Source: Sarea resinae (lineage: Eukaryota). Taken from it: a DNA stretch of 64,000 nucleotides. The translations under genes were made by a program, and so were the position numbers. The notes beneath the pieces were generated by a model. It made no database searches, was not told where the DNA came from, and worked only from the letters and a program-made list of their open reading frames with translations. The DNA lies in the NCBI GenBank assembly GCA_026026165.1, contig JAPEUD010000087.1, positions 1 to 64,000 of the forward strand. The letters run 5' to 3'. Shown piece after piece: positions 1-12,164 of this stretch. Every line of letters begins with the position of its first letter. The stretch's first letter is position 1.

Positions 1-364
1 AGTGAGATTGGGACCAGAAGGCGTCATGCCTCATCCACCGATTTTGTAACCGCTCCAAGCCTTAGAACACACTGGCAGCATGGTGGGCTTCTAGGAAAAA
101 TATGCTTAGTCAGCAATGCCAATGCTGGACTTCTTCCAAATTCATGGACATCTACACATCGCAACCAGAGTAGTCAAATTACATTTTCTACCAGAGGAAA
201 CAATCTTTTGAAAGAGCATTCTATTACTCATTTTCAGACCTAGCCTGACCTGGTGCGCCAATCTGAAAGAAAAAGTGCACACCCAACCTTAGAAACCATA
301 AGGAATACTTTACAGAATGCAAAGATATAAGAATGGAGAAAAGAGGACCCTGAGGAAGAAAATA

Positions 365-2278
365 CTAGTCCTTGCTCTTCTTCTTCTTCTTTTTTTCCGA
401 CTTGTCACCGTCCTCGTCTCTCTTTCTCTTCTTCACACTTTCTCCATCTGCCTTCTTGGCCTCCTTGTCGGCCTTTTTGGCTTCCTTCTTTGCCTTTTTG
501 ATATCCTTCTTGCTGGTGACGATTGGCTTTCCGTTCTCGATGGTGATTTCGCCTCGTTCTAGCTTGCGTCTATACCGTGCCACGCTTAGGCCGGCTAGCT
601 TGGCCATAGCCTCCTCCTCGTCAAGCTCCTCGGACGACTCTTCATCGCTGTCGTCTGATGACTCCCCGTCGACTTCTTCGATCATCTTCACGTCACCCTC
701 CTTGTCTTTCTTCGCCTTCTTTGATGATGCAGGGGCAGCAGCCACCGGCTCATCACCAGCAATACCGTCGGCATCGGGATTGTATTTCTTCGCTTCCTTG
801 ACCTCCCATTTGCTTGGTGTAGTGGGAGCGTAGCCATTGGGAGCGTAGCCATTGGGACCAATGGAGACGCCCTTTGACGGCAGAGCTTTGCCTTCCAATG
901 CTGCCAGTCTTCTCTCGATTTTTAGCCGTGACTCGACGCCCAGAGCTGCCTTTTCCTCTTCGGTGACATCTGCGCCTTTGCCTTCACCTTCAGCGCTCCA
1001 TTCGGCCAGGGCATCAACCCTGAGGCCAATCGCAGCTTTGGTAGCCAGCATACGCGCAATCTTGCCCTTGTTCTTTCCACTTGCCTGACCAATGAGGGAA
1101 GCGTGGTAGATGAGACCGTACTTGGGTGTGTCGTGCTTGGTCTTGAGCGCTCTGAACAGAGCTTTCTCGGCACCAAGAATTTGGATAGTGGACGCCGGAC
1201 TCTTGGCCAGGTTCATCAAACTGCCAGCGTGGGCGATGAGTCGGGCGCCCACGAGCTCTCCAACAAGCACGGTCAAATTTGGAGCGATCGCAGTCATCCG
1301 AGCCGAAAGGTAGCTCGAAAGCTGTTGTCGGTATTCCGTGAAGCCGACCACCTGCTCCGCAAGCGCCCTAATGTTCTCCAAATCTTCCAAACCAATTTCA
1401 GTGCCCATGGAAACCTCAGCCGCGGCCTTGACAGCGGTCTCGATCTCTTCGGGAAGGACCTCAGCAAGATCGGCGTCATGCGCGCTTGACCGGAGACCCA
1501 TTTTGAGGATGACTTTCGCGTACGCCAGATTGTCGTTGACGATTCTTCCCATCTCGGGGAAATGCCAGCCATACCATTCCTTCACACGCATCGCGTAGGT
1601 GTTGAGCTCCTTGTCTAGATCATCCAGCAGCGAGATTGCCTGAACAATCATAGTATCGACTTTGTCGGGCGAGAATTTCAGTTTATGACGAGACAACGAG
1701 TGCGACAGACCGAGCGACATGGTGGAGATATCCTGGGGAAGCAGTCCGGGGATCAAGGAGGGTAGATGACTGCGAATGGCACGGAAGAGGTCGTTGGTGG
1801 ATGCATCGGAAACGGGCTTGATCGAGAGCTGAGGCAGCTTATTGATGGAATTGCCTACAATTTGGTCGGATGAGTATTTATTAGAGAAGACGAAGTCGGC
1901 AAGGTACCATACCGAGTTTTGGGTCGGCCACAGCCAGCGAGACTTTCTTCTCATCCTTGATCGAATCCAACAGCGAGGCGAGCAGAGGCGTGACCTTGCC
2001 CTCGATCAAAGAAGAGACTTCCTCGAGCGCAGTGGCAGCGCTGTCGAACTTCTGGAACTGCTTGAGCTTCAACCTGTCGTCCATCTTGTCAGTCTTGCGC
2101 GATGTGGGGATCTCTCTGCGATGGCTCTCAGGAGGAGGACAGGATTCACTGACAGACTGCAAACGCCCTCAGCTGTTTCCGTCTCGGCGGCGAGATCATC
2201 CCGTTGTAGAAGCTTCTTGTCTTTCGCCTTGAGTAGCGCATAGCCCGCGCTGGTCTCGGTGAGAATGAACAGAGTCAT
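365..2278 (-). CDS. NOP58: Nucleolar protein 58, box C/D snoRNP core protein; exons 2278-2154, 2073-1913, 1854-365
   Basis: N-terminus [17 protein letters not shown]; Nop domain motifs [26 protein letters not shown] and [29 protein letters not shown]; Lys-rich tail; introns GTCAGT..CAG and GTATGG..TAG restore the frame. Confidence 0.96.
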
Positions 2279-2440
2279 GTTGGCAATTACCGTAGCAACG
2301 TCGAGACAACAGGGAGCCCAGAGGGGAAAGGTGATGTGCGGTTGCTGGTCGTTCCTTCCACGGCGAGCTGGTCGTCGAGGGCACAGGAGCGAGCGGTTCC
2401 TTCTGGATGGAGTTCTGGGGCAGGTAGCCGGAGCTCTTCG

Positions 2441-2450
2441 TGAAATTTTC
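2441..2450. promoter_or_regulatory. RRPE-like element TGAAATTTTC in the NOP58/VMA6 divergent promoter
   Basis: Resembles the ribosome-biogenesis RRPE motif, ~160 bp upstream of the NOP58 ATG; motif match only. Confidence 0.35.
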
Positions 2451-2795
2451 TGAGAAAGTGCAAGTCACTGGGCGGAGGCCAGTTCGCTCCGTCGAGCCAA
2501 TTCGGCCACTGGTCCCAATCATTGTGCGCCGCTAGAGGGCGGGTACGGGGCGCGACGCACGCCACCAGTGCCCTGCTCGGCTGCGCTGCATCTCCGGCCC
2601 TCTTCGCGCCCTCTACGGTTGATTATGTCAGCCGTCGTCGGCATCCAGACGCAGTTGACGGCATTGGCTCCCTCCACGCTGCAGTACTCGCAGTCGATAT
2701 CGTGAGAAGCAGGTCGACATCCTTCATCTGTCACCTCACATATCGCATCATTCACTCAGCTTCCTCTCTCTCCTTGGAGAGACATCATCGTCAGC

Positions 2796-4083
2796 ATGGA
2801 GGGGCTTTTCTATAACGTGGACAGCGGGTATGTGCAATTCAAAGGGTCGTCTTCGATCATGCTCACCCTATGCAATCTAGCTATATCGAAGGCGTCGTTC
2901 GTGGCTATCGGAATACTCTCTTGACCGGCCAGAACTATAGCAACCTGACACAATGCGAGACCATCGATGGTATATCTTCTTCAGACTATTGGAGACTCCA
3001 AGCTTCAATCAGCTCTAACGAAGCCCGCAGACGTCAAGCTACAGCTCGCGCCAGCTTACGGCGACATCCTGGCAGCCCTACCCCCGAACCCCTCAACCTC
3101 TTCTCTTGCCGCCAAGACGACCGAAAAAATGGTGGCAGAATTCCGCTATCTACAGGCCAATGCTGTAGGCTCGCTGGCAAAGTTCATGGAATTCCTGACC
3201 TATGGCTACATGATCGACAACGTCGCCCTCCTCATCACCGGCACTCTCCATGAACGCGATACCCGAGAACTGCTAGAGCGATGCCACCCACTTGGCTGGT
3301 TCGAGACCATGCCCGTTCTCTGCGTAGCCACCAACATCGAGGAACTCTACAACTCCGTTCTCATCGAGACCCCATTAGCGCCGTACTTCAAGGGCTCCCT
3401 GAGCCACCAGGACCTAGACGAGCTGAACATTGAAATCGTGCGCAACACCCTCTACAAGAACTATCTCGAGGACTTCTATAACTGGGTCAACACGCATCCG
3501 GACGTCAAGGGCACCCCGACGGCAGAAGTCATGTCCGAGGCGCTCGAGTTTGAGGCGGATCGAAGAAGCATCAACATCACGCTCAACTCGTTCGGCACGG
3601 AACTGTCCAAGGCCGACCGAAAGCGGCTCTATCCAAATTTCGGCCGACTATACCCAGAAGGCACGTTGATGCTCTCGCGAGCCGACGATATCGAAGGCGT
3701 TCGTATAGCCGTAGACGGCGTGCACGACTACAAGACCTACTTCGACATGACGGGCCTTTCCCAGGGTGGCTCCTCTGGTGGACTCGGGAACATGTCTGGA
3801 GGAGCAGGCGGTGAGACGAAAAGCTTGGAGGATCTGTTCTACCAGAAGGAGATGGAGCTATCGAAGACGACATTCACGTATCAATTCACACATGCGGTCG
3901 TGTACGCGTGGGTCAAATTAAAGGAGCAGGTACGTTCTGATTCATCGAAAGCCTTACAACGGCCTTTCCTTCCATGCTAATCGCACTGCCTCTCTCTAGG
4001 AAATCCGCAACATCACCTGGATCGCCGAGTGCATCGCCCAGAACCAAAAAGAGCGCATCGGCAACTACATCAGCGTCTTCTAG
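2796..4083 (+). CDS. VMA6: V-type H+-ATPase V0 subunit d; exons 2796-2827, 2881-2969, 3031-3929, 4000-4083
   Basis: MEGLFYNVDSGYIEGVVRGYRN start; YMIDNVALLITGTLHERD and FEADRRSINITLNSFGTEL motifs; C-terminal EIRNITWIAECIAQNQKERIGNYISVF; three canonical introns. Confidence 0.96.
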
Positions 4084-4904
4084 TCTCCCTTTTGTCCCTG
4101 GCTCTCCTTCTCATCTCCATGCTTTGTTTTCATTCTTTGACACGTCTCCAACATCTTCGGCCCACGGTGTTTCATTCAGCTCTGTACTATGCCATTGCCA
4201 TTTCTCATTTTCCACAGCTCGGGGGGTTTCAAAACATCTGTCCTTGTCATCTATTCTTTTTCGGGAGGAGAAGGGAAATGTTGTTGTTGTGTGGGTATGA
4301 AATCCTTGTCTTGTCTGCTTTCTGCGTCTGTAGATACCGCATACCCCCGAATCTCATGCGCATGCGCAAACGCACACAAACACAAACACAAACACACATG
4401 CAACTTCTTTTCCGTGGAGCATCTTCCGAGTAGTCTTTTCCGCGTAATGCGGTAGTGATGGTACAGGGTATATAAATTTGTATGACAGTTGTGGTTATAT
4501 ATGTGCTAGCAGCACCCCATGGTCCCATTCTCCACCCAGCACCGACCCATCTAATCTATGACCAGCATTAACACGGACTTCGCCATTCGCCACTGCTAGA
4601 CTAGCCTCTGAATAGTGAGCATTATGTGCGCTATGCTGTACCAGCTCCTCGTATATTTAAAAAGAAGGTAGGAGAAGAAGCGAAAGAGAAGGGGAAGCAA
4701 GACTCAGAACGCCCAAGAGCGGCGCGACGTCTCGCCTGACTTCCTTCGCCTGCTCCGCTCATGCTCGTCAAATCACCATGGCGACAAGCAGCTCCGGGTT
4801 TCATCATAGACGCCGAGTATAAGAAACCCCCCCAAAAACCATAGCATAACAAAGAAGCCTTCATGTGGTATCTCCATATATATATATATATATCTCAATC
4901 CAAG

Positions 4905-5928
4905 TCAGAGGATGACGCACGAGGTGCCGAGACTCAGGCCGCCGCCGTCCGTGGTCGTGCCGGCAGCCATGCGGGCCAGGTCCTCGAAGACCTCGAACAT
5001 CAGCTCGCCGGTCGCGGCCGAGCACTCGGCGTACCGGTCGCAGCGCAGCGATTGCGCGACCCCGACCGCTTCGTGCGGGTAGATGATGTGGATGTCTGTG
5101 GTGGGGTTCGAGGGGCCGGGAGGGGGAGGGGCGGCTTGTTGGGCTCCGCCTCTGCTACCCATGGCGCTGCTACCGCTACCTCTACCAATACCACCGCCAC
5201 CGCCACCGCCGGTGCTGGCTGCACCGGCGTCGATTTTCCCCCGTAGGTCCCGCTTCAGGCCCAGGAGCATCGTCGGCACGTCCCGGTTGCTGGCGAAGTG
5301 GAGCATGATTTCCTTTTTCCATCGACTCGTCACGCTGTCGAGGCTGGCGCGCGAGCTGATGTCGTAGCAGACGACCAGCACGTCTGGGACTAGGAGTGTG
5401 TAGGAGGTCGGCGAGGAGGTGTCGTAGAATTGGAAGTGGTAGGCGCGGTTGAAGAGGCGGATTGTGAAGATGAAGGGTTGGTCTAGGTCGTGCAGGTGGG
5501 GTAGGGAGGAGAGGGGTAGGGGTGTGGGTGGTGCTTGGGAGGGAGGGCTGTAGGCGGGCGGGAGCGTGGTCGTTGATGTGTAGGCCGGGGGGAGGGTGGT
5601 GCTGGAGGTCGTTAGGTTTAAGGGGCTCGTTGAGGCGCCGGGAGAACTTGTAGGGTTCGATGTGGAGGTGGGACGGGGAGGGCGAGTATCGTGGCCCTGG
5701 CTGAGACGGCTGTTGGATATTGATGGAGAGAGGGTCAGCTATTGTTCTCCTTCGTGGTTCATCCTTATTGATATCCCTCTTCTTCCTGAGGGTCTTCAAC
5801 GCCCCTCAATGAATGGAACATAGTAGAGTATGGGGAGCAATAGAAGGAACTACCTACGCTAGAAATGCAGACTTCCCACACTCTGCATCGCCGAGTAGTA
5901 GAATGGTGATCTCGGGTGGATCATCCAT
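4905..5928 (-). CDS. Atypical Rho-family small GTPase with CAAX box; exons 5928-5858, 5709-4905
   Basis: P-loop GDAECGKS; degenerate G3 (YDTSSP); G4-like GLKRDLR; G5 ECSA; C-terminal CVIL; one intron GTAGGT..CAG gives a continuous frame. Confidence 0.85.
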
Positions 5929-6442
5929 GGCTTGTTATTCCCTCGGGTTGGTTCCGTGGACATCTAGGTTCTGGGACACCCCTTCTTCTCCAAAAGAAGA
6001 GTCAATTGTACGTCTATATTGAGATTGTCATAGGGCGACGAACCTGATATGAATGTCTCATATTATCTTTGCTTTGTGTGACAAAATTCAAGGCTTGCGG
6101 GTCAATTCGAGAGGCCGTGATGTGTGTTTATCCTACAGAAGATCGTCATGACGAAGCTGGCGCTGGCGGGGGGCTAGAACCCGCGCCGCCGGCTCCAGCA
6201 AGCGAGCGCTTGGGTCGCCAATCGAACAAAATGTCCGATACTGCAACTCTGGACTGCGATCTGTCGCATCGCAAACATTGAGCATCACACAATTATACAC
6301 ATTTCTTCGAGTACCAAGGGACTAGCCATAGCTGCCCTCTGTCTTACTTAAAACTGGGCCACTGTGCCTCTTCACTTATCTCCTCTGCGCACTGAAATCT
6401 TGGGGCAACACATCACTATCATAGCCCACCTCTACCACCAAG

Positions 6443-7160
6443 ATGAAGGTCAGTCTCCTGTCCCCCCACTACCCTTTTTTCAATCCTCCAGAGCCTCGAA
6501 AGATAGCCCCGCAGATTTGTGGCTGACCAAAAAGCTCAGATCCTAGAAACCCAATCCGCGACCTTGACAAACTACGAAGTGCTCACGCACATCCAATTGA
6601 TGCGGTCGCGACGACAAAGACCCTCCACCAGGAACCCCACGGCCGAACAAAAACAGCAACAGCAACAGCAGCAGCACCAACCATCGAAAGCACAAGAGCT
6701 CAAATCGCCCAACCTAGAAACCATACTCAAAGAACTCTCGGAATACCTCCTCTCGCCCCCCTCTCCTCTTTGCGCATCCACCCCAAACGCTCCAGCTGGG
6801 CAACAAGAAGAAGGAGAAGAAGAACAGGAAGAAGAAAAAACACCCGCGATAACCGCGTCCACAGAAATCAACGGACGGTACAGCGCCGAGGCCATTCGCA
6901 CGCTCCTCACGCAGCTCAAACCCTACCATCTTACGAAACCCGAGACGCTCATGATACTAAACCTGCGGCCGACGAATTCGGGCGTGCTGGATACCGTGGT
7001 CGAGGAGATGGAGATGCGGTTCCCAGACTCGGCGGACGTGGACGGTATCATTGGTACAATCGTCGAGGTCTTGGGTGGCGTGGAGGGAGAGGTTGGGGAG
7101 GAAGAGGATGAGGACCTTGTCGATGTGGATGGGGATGGGGTTGCGGAGGGGCGGAGCTGA
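6443..7160 (+). CDS. RPC17: RNA polymerase III subunit C17 (Rpb4/HRDC-like family); exons 6443-6448, 6540-7160
   Basis: Spliced N-terminus MKILETQSATLTNYEVL and C-terminal LTKPETLMILNLRP..LDTVVEEMEMRF are typical of Rpc17/CRCP. Confidence 0.85.
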
Positions 7161-7560
7161 TACTGCTGTTCAAATGGCTGGACTGGTCGCAAGTGTGGAG
7201 AGGGACTTTCTCAAGCTTCTTCTCAATCCGTGTCCATTGACATCAGGGAAAAAATTTCTAGTTTGGATTCACGTCGGAGTAACACGAGCGCATCGCAGGC
7301 GTTGGGTTGAGTGACTTGATGGATGGATCACTGGGCATTTTAAAGGAGCATGGGGCAATACTAGACTAGAGACGAGTTGGATGCTAAAGGATGATGTTTT
7401 CATGAGTGAACGGATTCGAAACCAAGCAACGGCTTGATAGGAGTTGTGAGTGGAGTTATTATATAGACCACCTAGCATGGCAATAATACAACACATGACC
7501 GACCCATCCGACGCCCGTCCGAACATCCATGGCACACAAGAACACATCGTTCCCCGACTC

Positions 7561-8993
7561 TCACTCCCCAGCCACACTCTCCCTCCCCTCCCCCCCCTCC
7601 TTCTCCACCAAAAGCCCCCCAACAGCACCATCGACCCCACTCATCCACCTCACAACCCTCTGCACGCCAACCGGCAGCACGCCCATCAACTGAATCCAGC
7701 GCGCATAAAACGGCAGCGCCAAATGCCCGCCCTCGCCCGCGTCCACGGCCGCAATGATGCGCGCCGCCACGTCCACGGGCTCTAGCACCGGCGCGAGAAA
7801 AGACGAGGGCGTCTTCACGTGCGCGAAAAGCGGGGTTGCGATTTGCCCGGGCGTGACGAGGAGGGTCTTGATGTAGGGGTGGTGCGGGGAGAGTTCGGCG
7901 GTTAGGCTGGCGTGCAGTGCCAGGAGCGCGGCTTTGGAGGAGGTGTAGTCGGCTGTTTTGTTTTTGGGAGGGAGCGGCTGTTAGTGGGTTGGTTGTGGCG
8001 ATTTGGTGGAGTGGTAGGGTGGGGAGCTTTTGCAAAGTGGGGAAAGGGGAGGGGGGAAAGGAAAAGGGAAAAGGGAAAAGGGAAAGGGGCAAGGGGGTCT
8101 TACAGAGGTTTCGGCAGCCTAGGTATCCCAGCACGCTGGAGACCGTAACAATCGTGCCGCCTTGTTTGCGGATCATGCCCGGGAGGAATGTCTGGATCGT
8201 GTAGAAGTGCGATAAGAGGTTTGTCCGAAAGGTTCTGTGGGGAGGTCAATAGGAGTTCTCGAGGCATATGTTTCACCAATAGATAATTTCAGGGCCGGGG
8301 TGGAGAATGCGCACTTTTCGATCTGCTCGGGAGATAATTTGAGTAAGGGAAGTCCGTTCACAATGCCCGCATTGTTGATCAGAATCGTAGGTGCACCGAG
8401 CTTTGGACACAAACACGTAGAACACCAGCATCAGCTTCTCGTATTTCCCGGATAATTCGAACGGATGATGTTGGTCTGTAGCTATTGTGAAAGGGAAGAA
8501 GACGACAACTACATACATCTTTCTCTATCCTCTTCGCAGCCGCCTCAACTTGTTCCCGATCCCCGACGTCGCATTTGTAGAATTTGACCCCTCTCGCCTC
8601 CGCCGTGTCCGTGTTCTCCTTGACGTCTAGCACCGCTACACTGGCACCTCTCATGCCGTAGGTCTGCGCGATGAGCAGGCCCAGCCCGCCAGCTCCACCC
8701 GTTATTACGATGACCTCTTCCTCCAAATCCACCTCGCGGGGCGCACCGAATGCCACGCGCTCATTGAGAAGGGACAATAGCCACAGTAGCGTCACCAGTG
8801 AAGCGTAGGCCACCGACACGCGCATCGATGTCCATTCGTAGGGCGTGGCTTGAGCACGAAAGCACAAGGGCACCATCCATGCGATGAAGGGGGAGAGGAG
8901 AGTCGTATTGACAACGCGGACTACGAGGTCGAGCGTCAGATGCGTGTGCCATGGCTTTCGCGGTGCCTGTCGTGGTGGCGGTGGGGGGGCCAT
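7561..8993 (-). CDS. Membrane-anchored short-chain dehydrogenase/reductase (retinol dehydrogenase/DHRS3-like); exons 8993-8517, 8400-8315, 8234-8104, 7952-7561
   Basis: Two N-terminal hydrophobic segments; TGGAGGLG, INNAG and catalytic YTSSK motifs after splicing three introns. Confidence 0.9.
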
Positions 8994-9823
8994 GGTTCTC
9001 GTCGTTTGTTTGTTTGCGAGATCTGGCCTGCGGGCTTTGAAGGGACAAAGGAATTGAGGGTGTCACGGCAGGATTGAAATGCGGCAATCCGGTGCATTCA
9101 TACTGCTGCACATGATGATTGCCGCCTCTTCTCTCTGTATTGGCCGCTTCTGGTCAATGGCGATGGGCGCACTGCGCAGGGCGTTTAGGATGCGTTTGTG
9201 AGTGGTCCGTGGGCGATCGCGTAGATCGGCGGCGTCATCACCGCCGCTTGTTGACGATGCGCGCGCGTCGCATCGCTTCTCCTTTGTCCAGACCGCCACA
9301 CCGCTCCAGCAAAGTTGGTCCTGATTCAATTGATCATATCTGAGCATTTCCACGAGTCAACTCAGTAGACTCTGCTCTTTGAGTGAACCCTATATATGAT
9401 GGTTAACTATACAAGTTCCGAAGCTCGCGGCACGCGGAAACTGGAGACGACACACATTGACGACACTAGTACAATACCTGACTATATATTCTTTATTTAT
9501 TCTATCAACTGGCAATGGCCAGTCCCCACTAATATATCATGGCTGGGTGGGTTGAGTCTTTGTTTTGGATTGCGAAGGCCTCATCGAAGCTATTTCCGGC
9601 TTCTCGGCGCCCCTTTTTCTATCCTTTGTTTCTGTCATTCATATAAGCCAGTGAATTCCATCTCTTGATGGATACTGGATTCCTTTCCTTTTCACCTTCT
9701 ACGTCTACTCCAACTAAACGTATAATTTCCTCCAATACCGTCACACCAGGTCTTTCAGCCTCAAAGACGCTTTTATAAATAAGACGTACAAAAAGCTCTA
9801 CATCTGCCCTACCAGACCTCATC

Positions 9824-10447
9824 ATGTCTACGGAACCCATCATCCTCAAGTTCTACACCGAACCTCAGAGCGCAAAAGACTTCAAGGGCCGCACCCTAGA
9901 GGCCATCCTCGGCTTGTCCGACAAGGATCTCGAGTACAGTCATGATTTCATCCAGATCCTCTTTCCACTCCCCGAGGGCTCTCCCTTCAACCTCAGGGCC
10001 CCAGTGATCGACCGCCAAGTCTTCGAGGCCTTCCACTCGCGTCCCGAGCTTCGTGCCCAGCTCCATTCATCCTTTGTTCGAATGCTCAAGTTCTACGGCT
10101 TCGAGACCCACGAGACCGCAGAGGGTAAAGCCGAAGTCACCATCTTGCACGTCCAGACTCTTGGCTTCAACAACCTCAACAAGCGCTTCGACCACAATCA
10201 TCTCCGCATTACCCGCATCATTCGTTCTCTGCGTGTGCTTGGCTTGGAGGAAGAGGCCTTGGCATTCTATAAGGCACTGAAGAAGGTGGCGGAAACGAGT
10301 GGTAAGATCAGTGCCAAGTCGATTATGTTTTGGGGTAGGGCTGCACATAGGCCTCTTCACCTTGCGCCGGAGTTTGAGGATGATCAGGTGGAAGGCGGTG
10401 CGGACTTTCTGCGCGAATTTGAGGAAAGCCGTGGCTTCAAGGAGTAG
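9824..10447 (+). CDS. Opioid growth factor receptor conserved-region (OGFr_N-like) protein, copy 1
   Basis: Intronless 207-aa ORF with LEYSHDFIQILFPLPEGS and DHNHLRITRIIRSLRVLG motifs. Confidence 0.85.
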   Translation: MSTEPIILKFYTEPQSAKDFKGRTLEAILGLSDKDLEYSHDFIQILFPLPEGSPFNLRAPVIDRQVFEAFHSRPELRAQLHSSFVRMLKFYGFETHETAEGKAEVTILHVQTLGFNNLNKRFDHNHLRITRIIRSLRVLGLEEEALAFYKALKKVAETSGKISAKSIMFWGRAAHRPLHLAPEFEDDQVEGGADFLREFEESRGFKE

Positions 10448-11462
10448 AATGGTCGACAAGGTACGGACTTAGACTAGTTCCTTGATTATTCATGGCCAAT
10501 TCTTTCATTACGCCCAATTCTTTCGATATGTCAATTTCTCAAGCGTCTCCTATCTTGTGAACGTACACGTAATATCGGCTCCAAATCGAAGGGAAGCACT
10601 ACCCTTTTCAGCTGGCCTTGATTACTCGGACTTGTTTATATACAGATTCAGTATGTGAATTCTTTATTTGATTCTAAGATCGGGACGGTTCGCCTCAATA
10701 AACGGATGAATACTTTCTAGCTTAATCCGGCCATTTTGTCCTTGATCCCTAAAGCATTGTTTTGTATCTCATTACCCTTCGGGCTAGCCTATACCTCTCT
10801 TCCTTTGTTCCCTAGCTTTCCATATGCTATTCGGCTTAGACATTGAAATCAGAGGGCTCGCTCTCTTTCCTCCGCTCGCTTCAATCTACTGTCCATTGTT
10901 CTTTCAACTTCATTGTGTTGCTGGATCTTTATGTTCTAAACGATGTTCAGGTTCTAAACAGTATAGCTTGACCGGCATCTCTTCTGCTAGATCAAGCTGT
11001 ATCCAATCTTTGTTCTTCAAGCTTTGTTAGGCAGGCCTGTCTTTATTATCTTGCAATACGCTTTCCAAGCTATGTTCAACCCGATAGCTCTCCAACACCT
11101 GTCGTCCTGCCTTTATGTTTACCCTCACTGTTCTCCAGTCTGAAGGGGCTGTCCAGTCTTCATTCTCTTGCACTGCTATGCTACTTGGCTCTTGTCTTCT
11201 ATCTTGATCGCTGTTCTGGCTCCCTTTGGCCGCTTTGATGCATTGTTTGGTTTAAACAAGTCCTTTCGACTTGGCTTTGCCTCCTCTCCTGTAAATTGCT
11301 CGGTGTGTTCAAAGTATCTATATAAGCCCCTCAATCCTCGTCGAATAATTCTCTTTCCAGCTTTAAACTGTCTGTCTTCAGTATTAGTCATTTCATCCAC
11401 TTGTTTTCGACCCTTTTATCTCATCTTTTATCCCTGAGCTAATATCTCATCAATCAATAACC

Positions 11463-12164
11463 ATGGCACATGTATGGCAGTCATCGCCGCCAAGCAGCCC
11501 GAGTCAACCTTCCCAGCGCCACACTGATACGGAGAGGATTCTCTCCTTCTATGACTACACGCAAGGTAAAGATTTCCTCGGCCGGACCTTGGAAGACTAC
11601 CTGAGCTGGACTAACAGTCAAATCGAGCACAACCAGTCATTCTTCTGGAAAGCGCTTTTCCCGATCCCCGAGCGATCCAACAGCTGCCCCCTTGCCCCCG
11701 TCGTCACCGAGGAGGTCTTTGACGCCTTTCGGGCACCCACCCTTCAAGGCGATCATCTTCGCTACAACCTGGGACGGGCGGTCTTGCGCATCGTCAGGTA
11801 CCTGGGATTCAAGCAACATCCCGAGCGCGCGGAGATATATTTCGTCATGACGAATAATGCCGGATTCGGGGCGCAGGGCTGGCTCAATCGCTACGATCAC
11901 AATCACAGGCATATCAGTCGCGTGCTTCGGTCCCTGAGGGTGCTGGGTGATGACGGAGACGCCGGGGCTCTTTTTCTCGCGGTGCTGCAGGTCTTTATTG
12001 CTCTGTATCCCAACGAGACCGGGCACCCGGCAGAAGGATACATAGAATCCGAGGCCCTGGTGCATTGGGCACATGCTGCACGTAGACCCTTGCACTTTGG
12101 TCTCAACCAGCCGGACCATGATGCTGAGGACAATTGCGTACAGTGGATTAGATGTAGGGTATGA
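11463..12164 (+). CDS. Diverged OGFr_N-like protein, copy 2
   Basis: 233-aa ORF sharing DFxGRTLE, LFPxPE, FxAFxxxxxxR, DHNHxxIxRxxRSLRVLG and WxxAAxRPLH motifs with 9824-10447. Confidence 0.75.
   Translation: MAHVWQSSPPSSPSQPSQRHTDTERILSFYDYTQGKDFLGRTLEDYLSWTNSQIEHNQSFFWKALFPIPERSNSCPLAPVVTEEVFDAFRAPTLQGDHLRYNLGRAVLRIVRYLGFKQHPERAEIYFVMTNNAGFGAQGWLNRYDHNHRHISRVLRSLRVLGDDGDAGALFLAVLQVFIALYPNETGHPAEGYIESEALVHWAHAARRPLHFGLNQPDHDAEDNCVQWIRCRV

Noticed and set aside
8401..8516. SDR intron ending in AAG, checked for a nested (stwintron) structure
   Set aside because: No internal donor/branch/acceptor set found; AAG is a known minor acceptor
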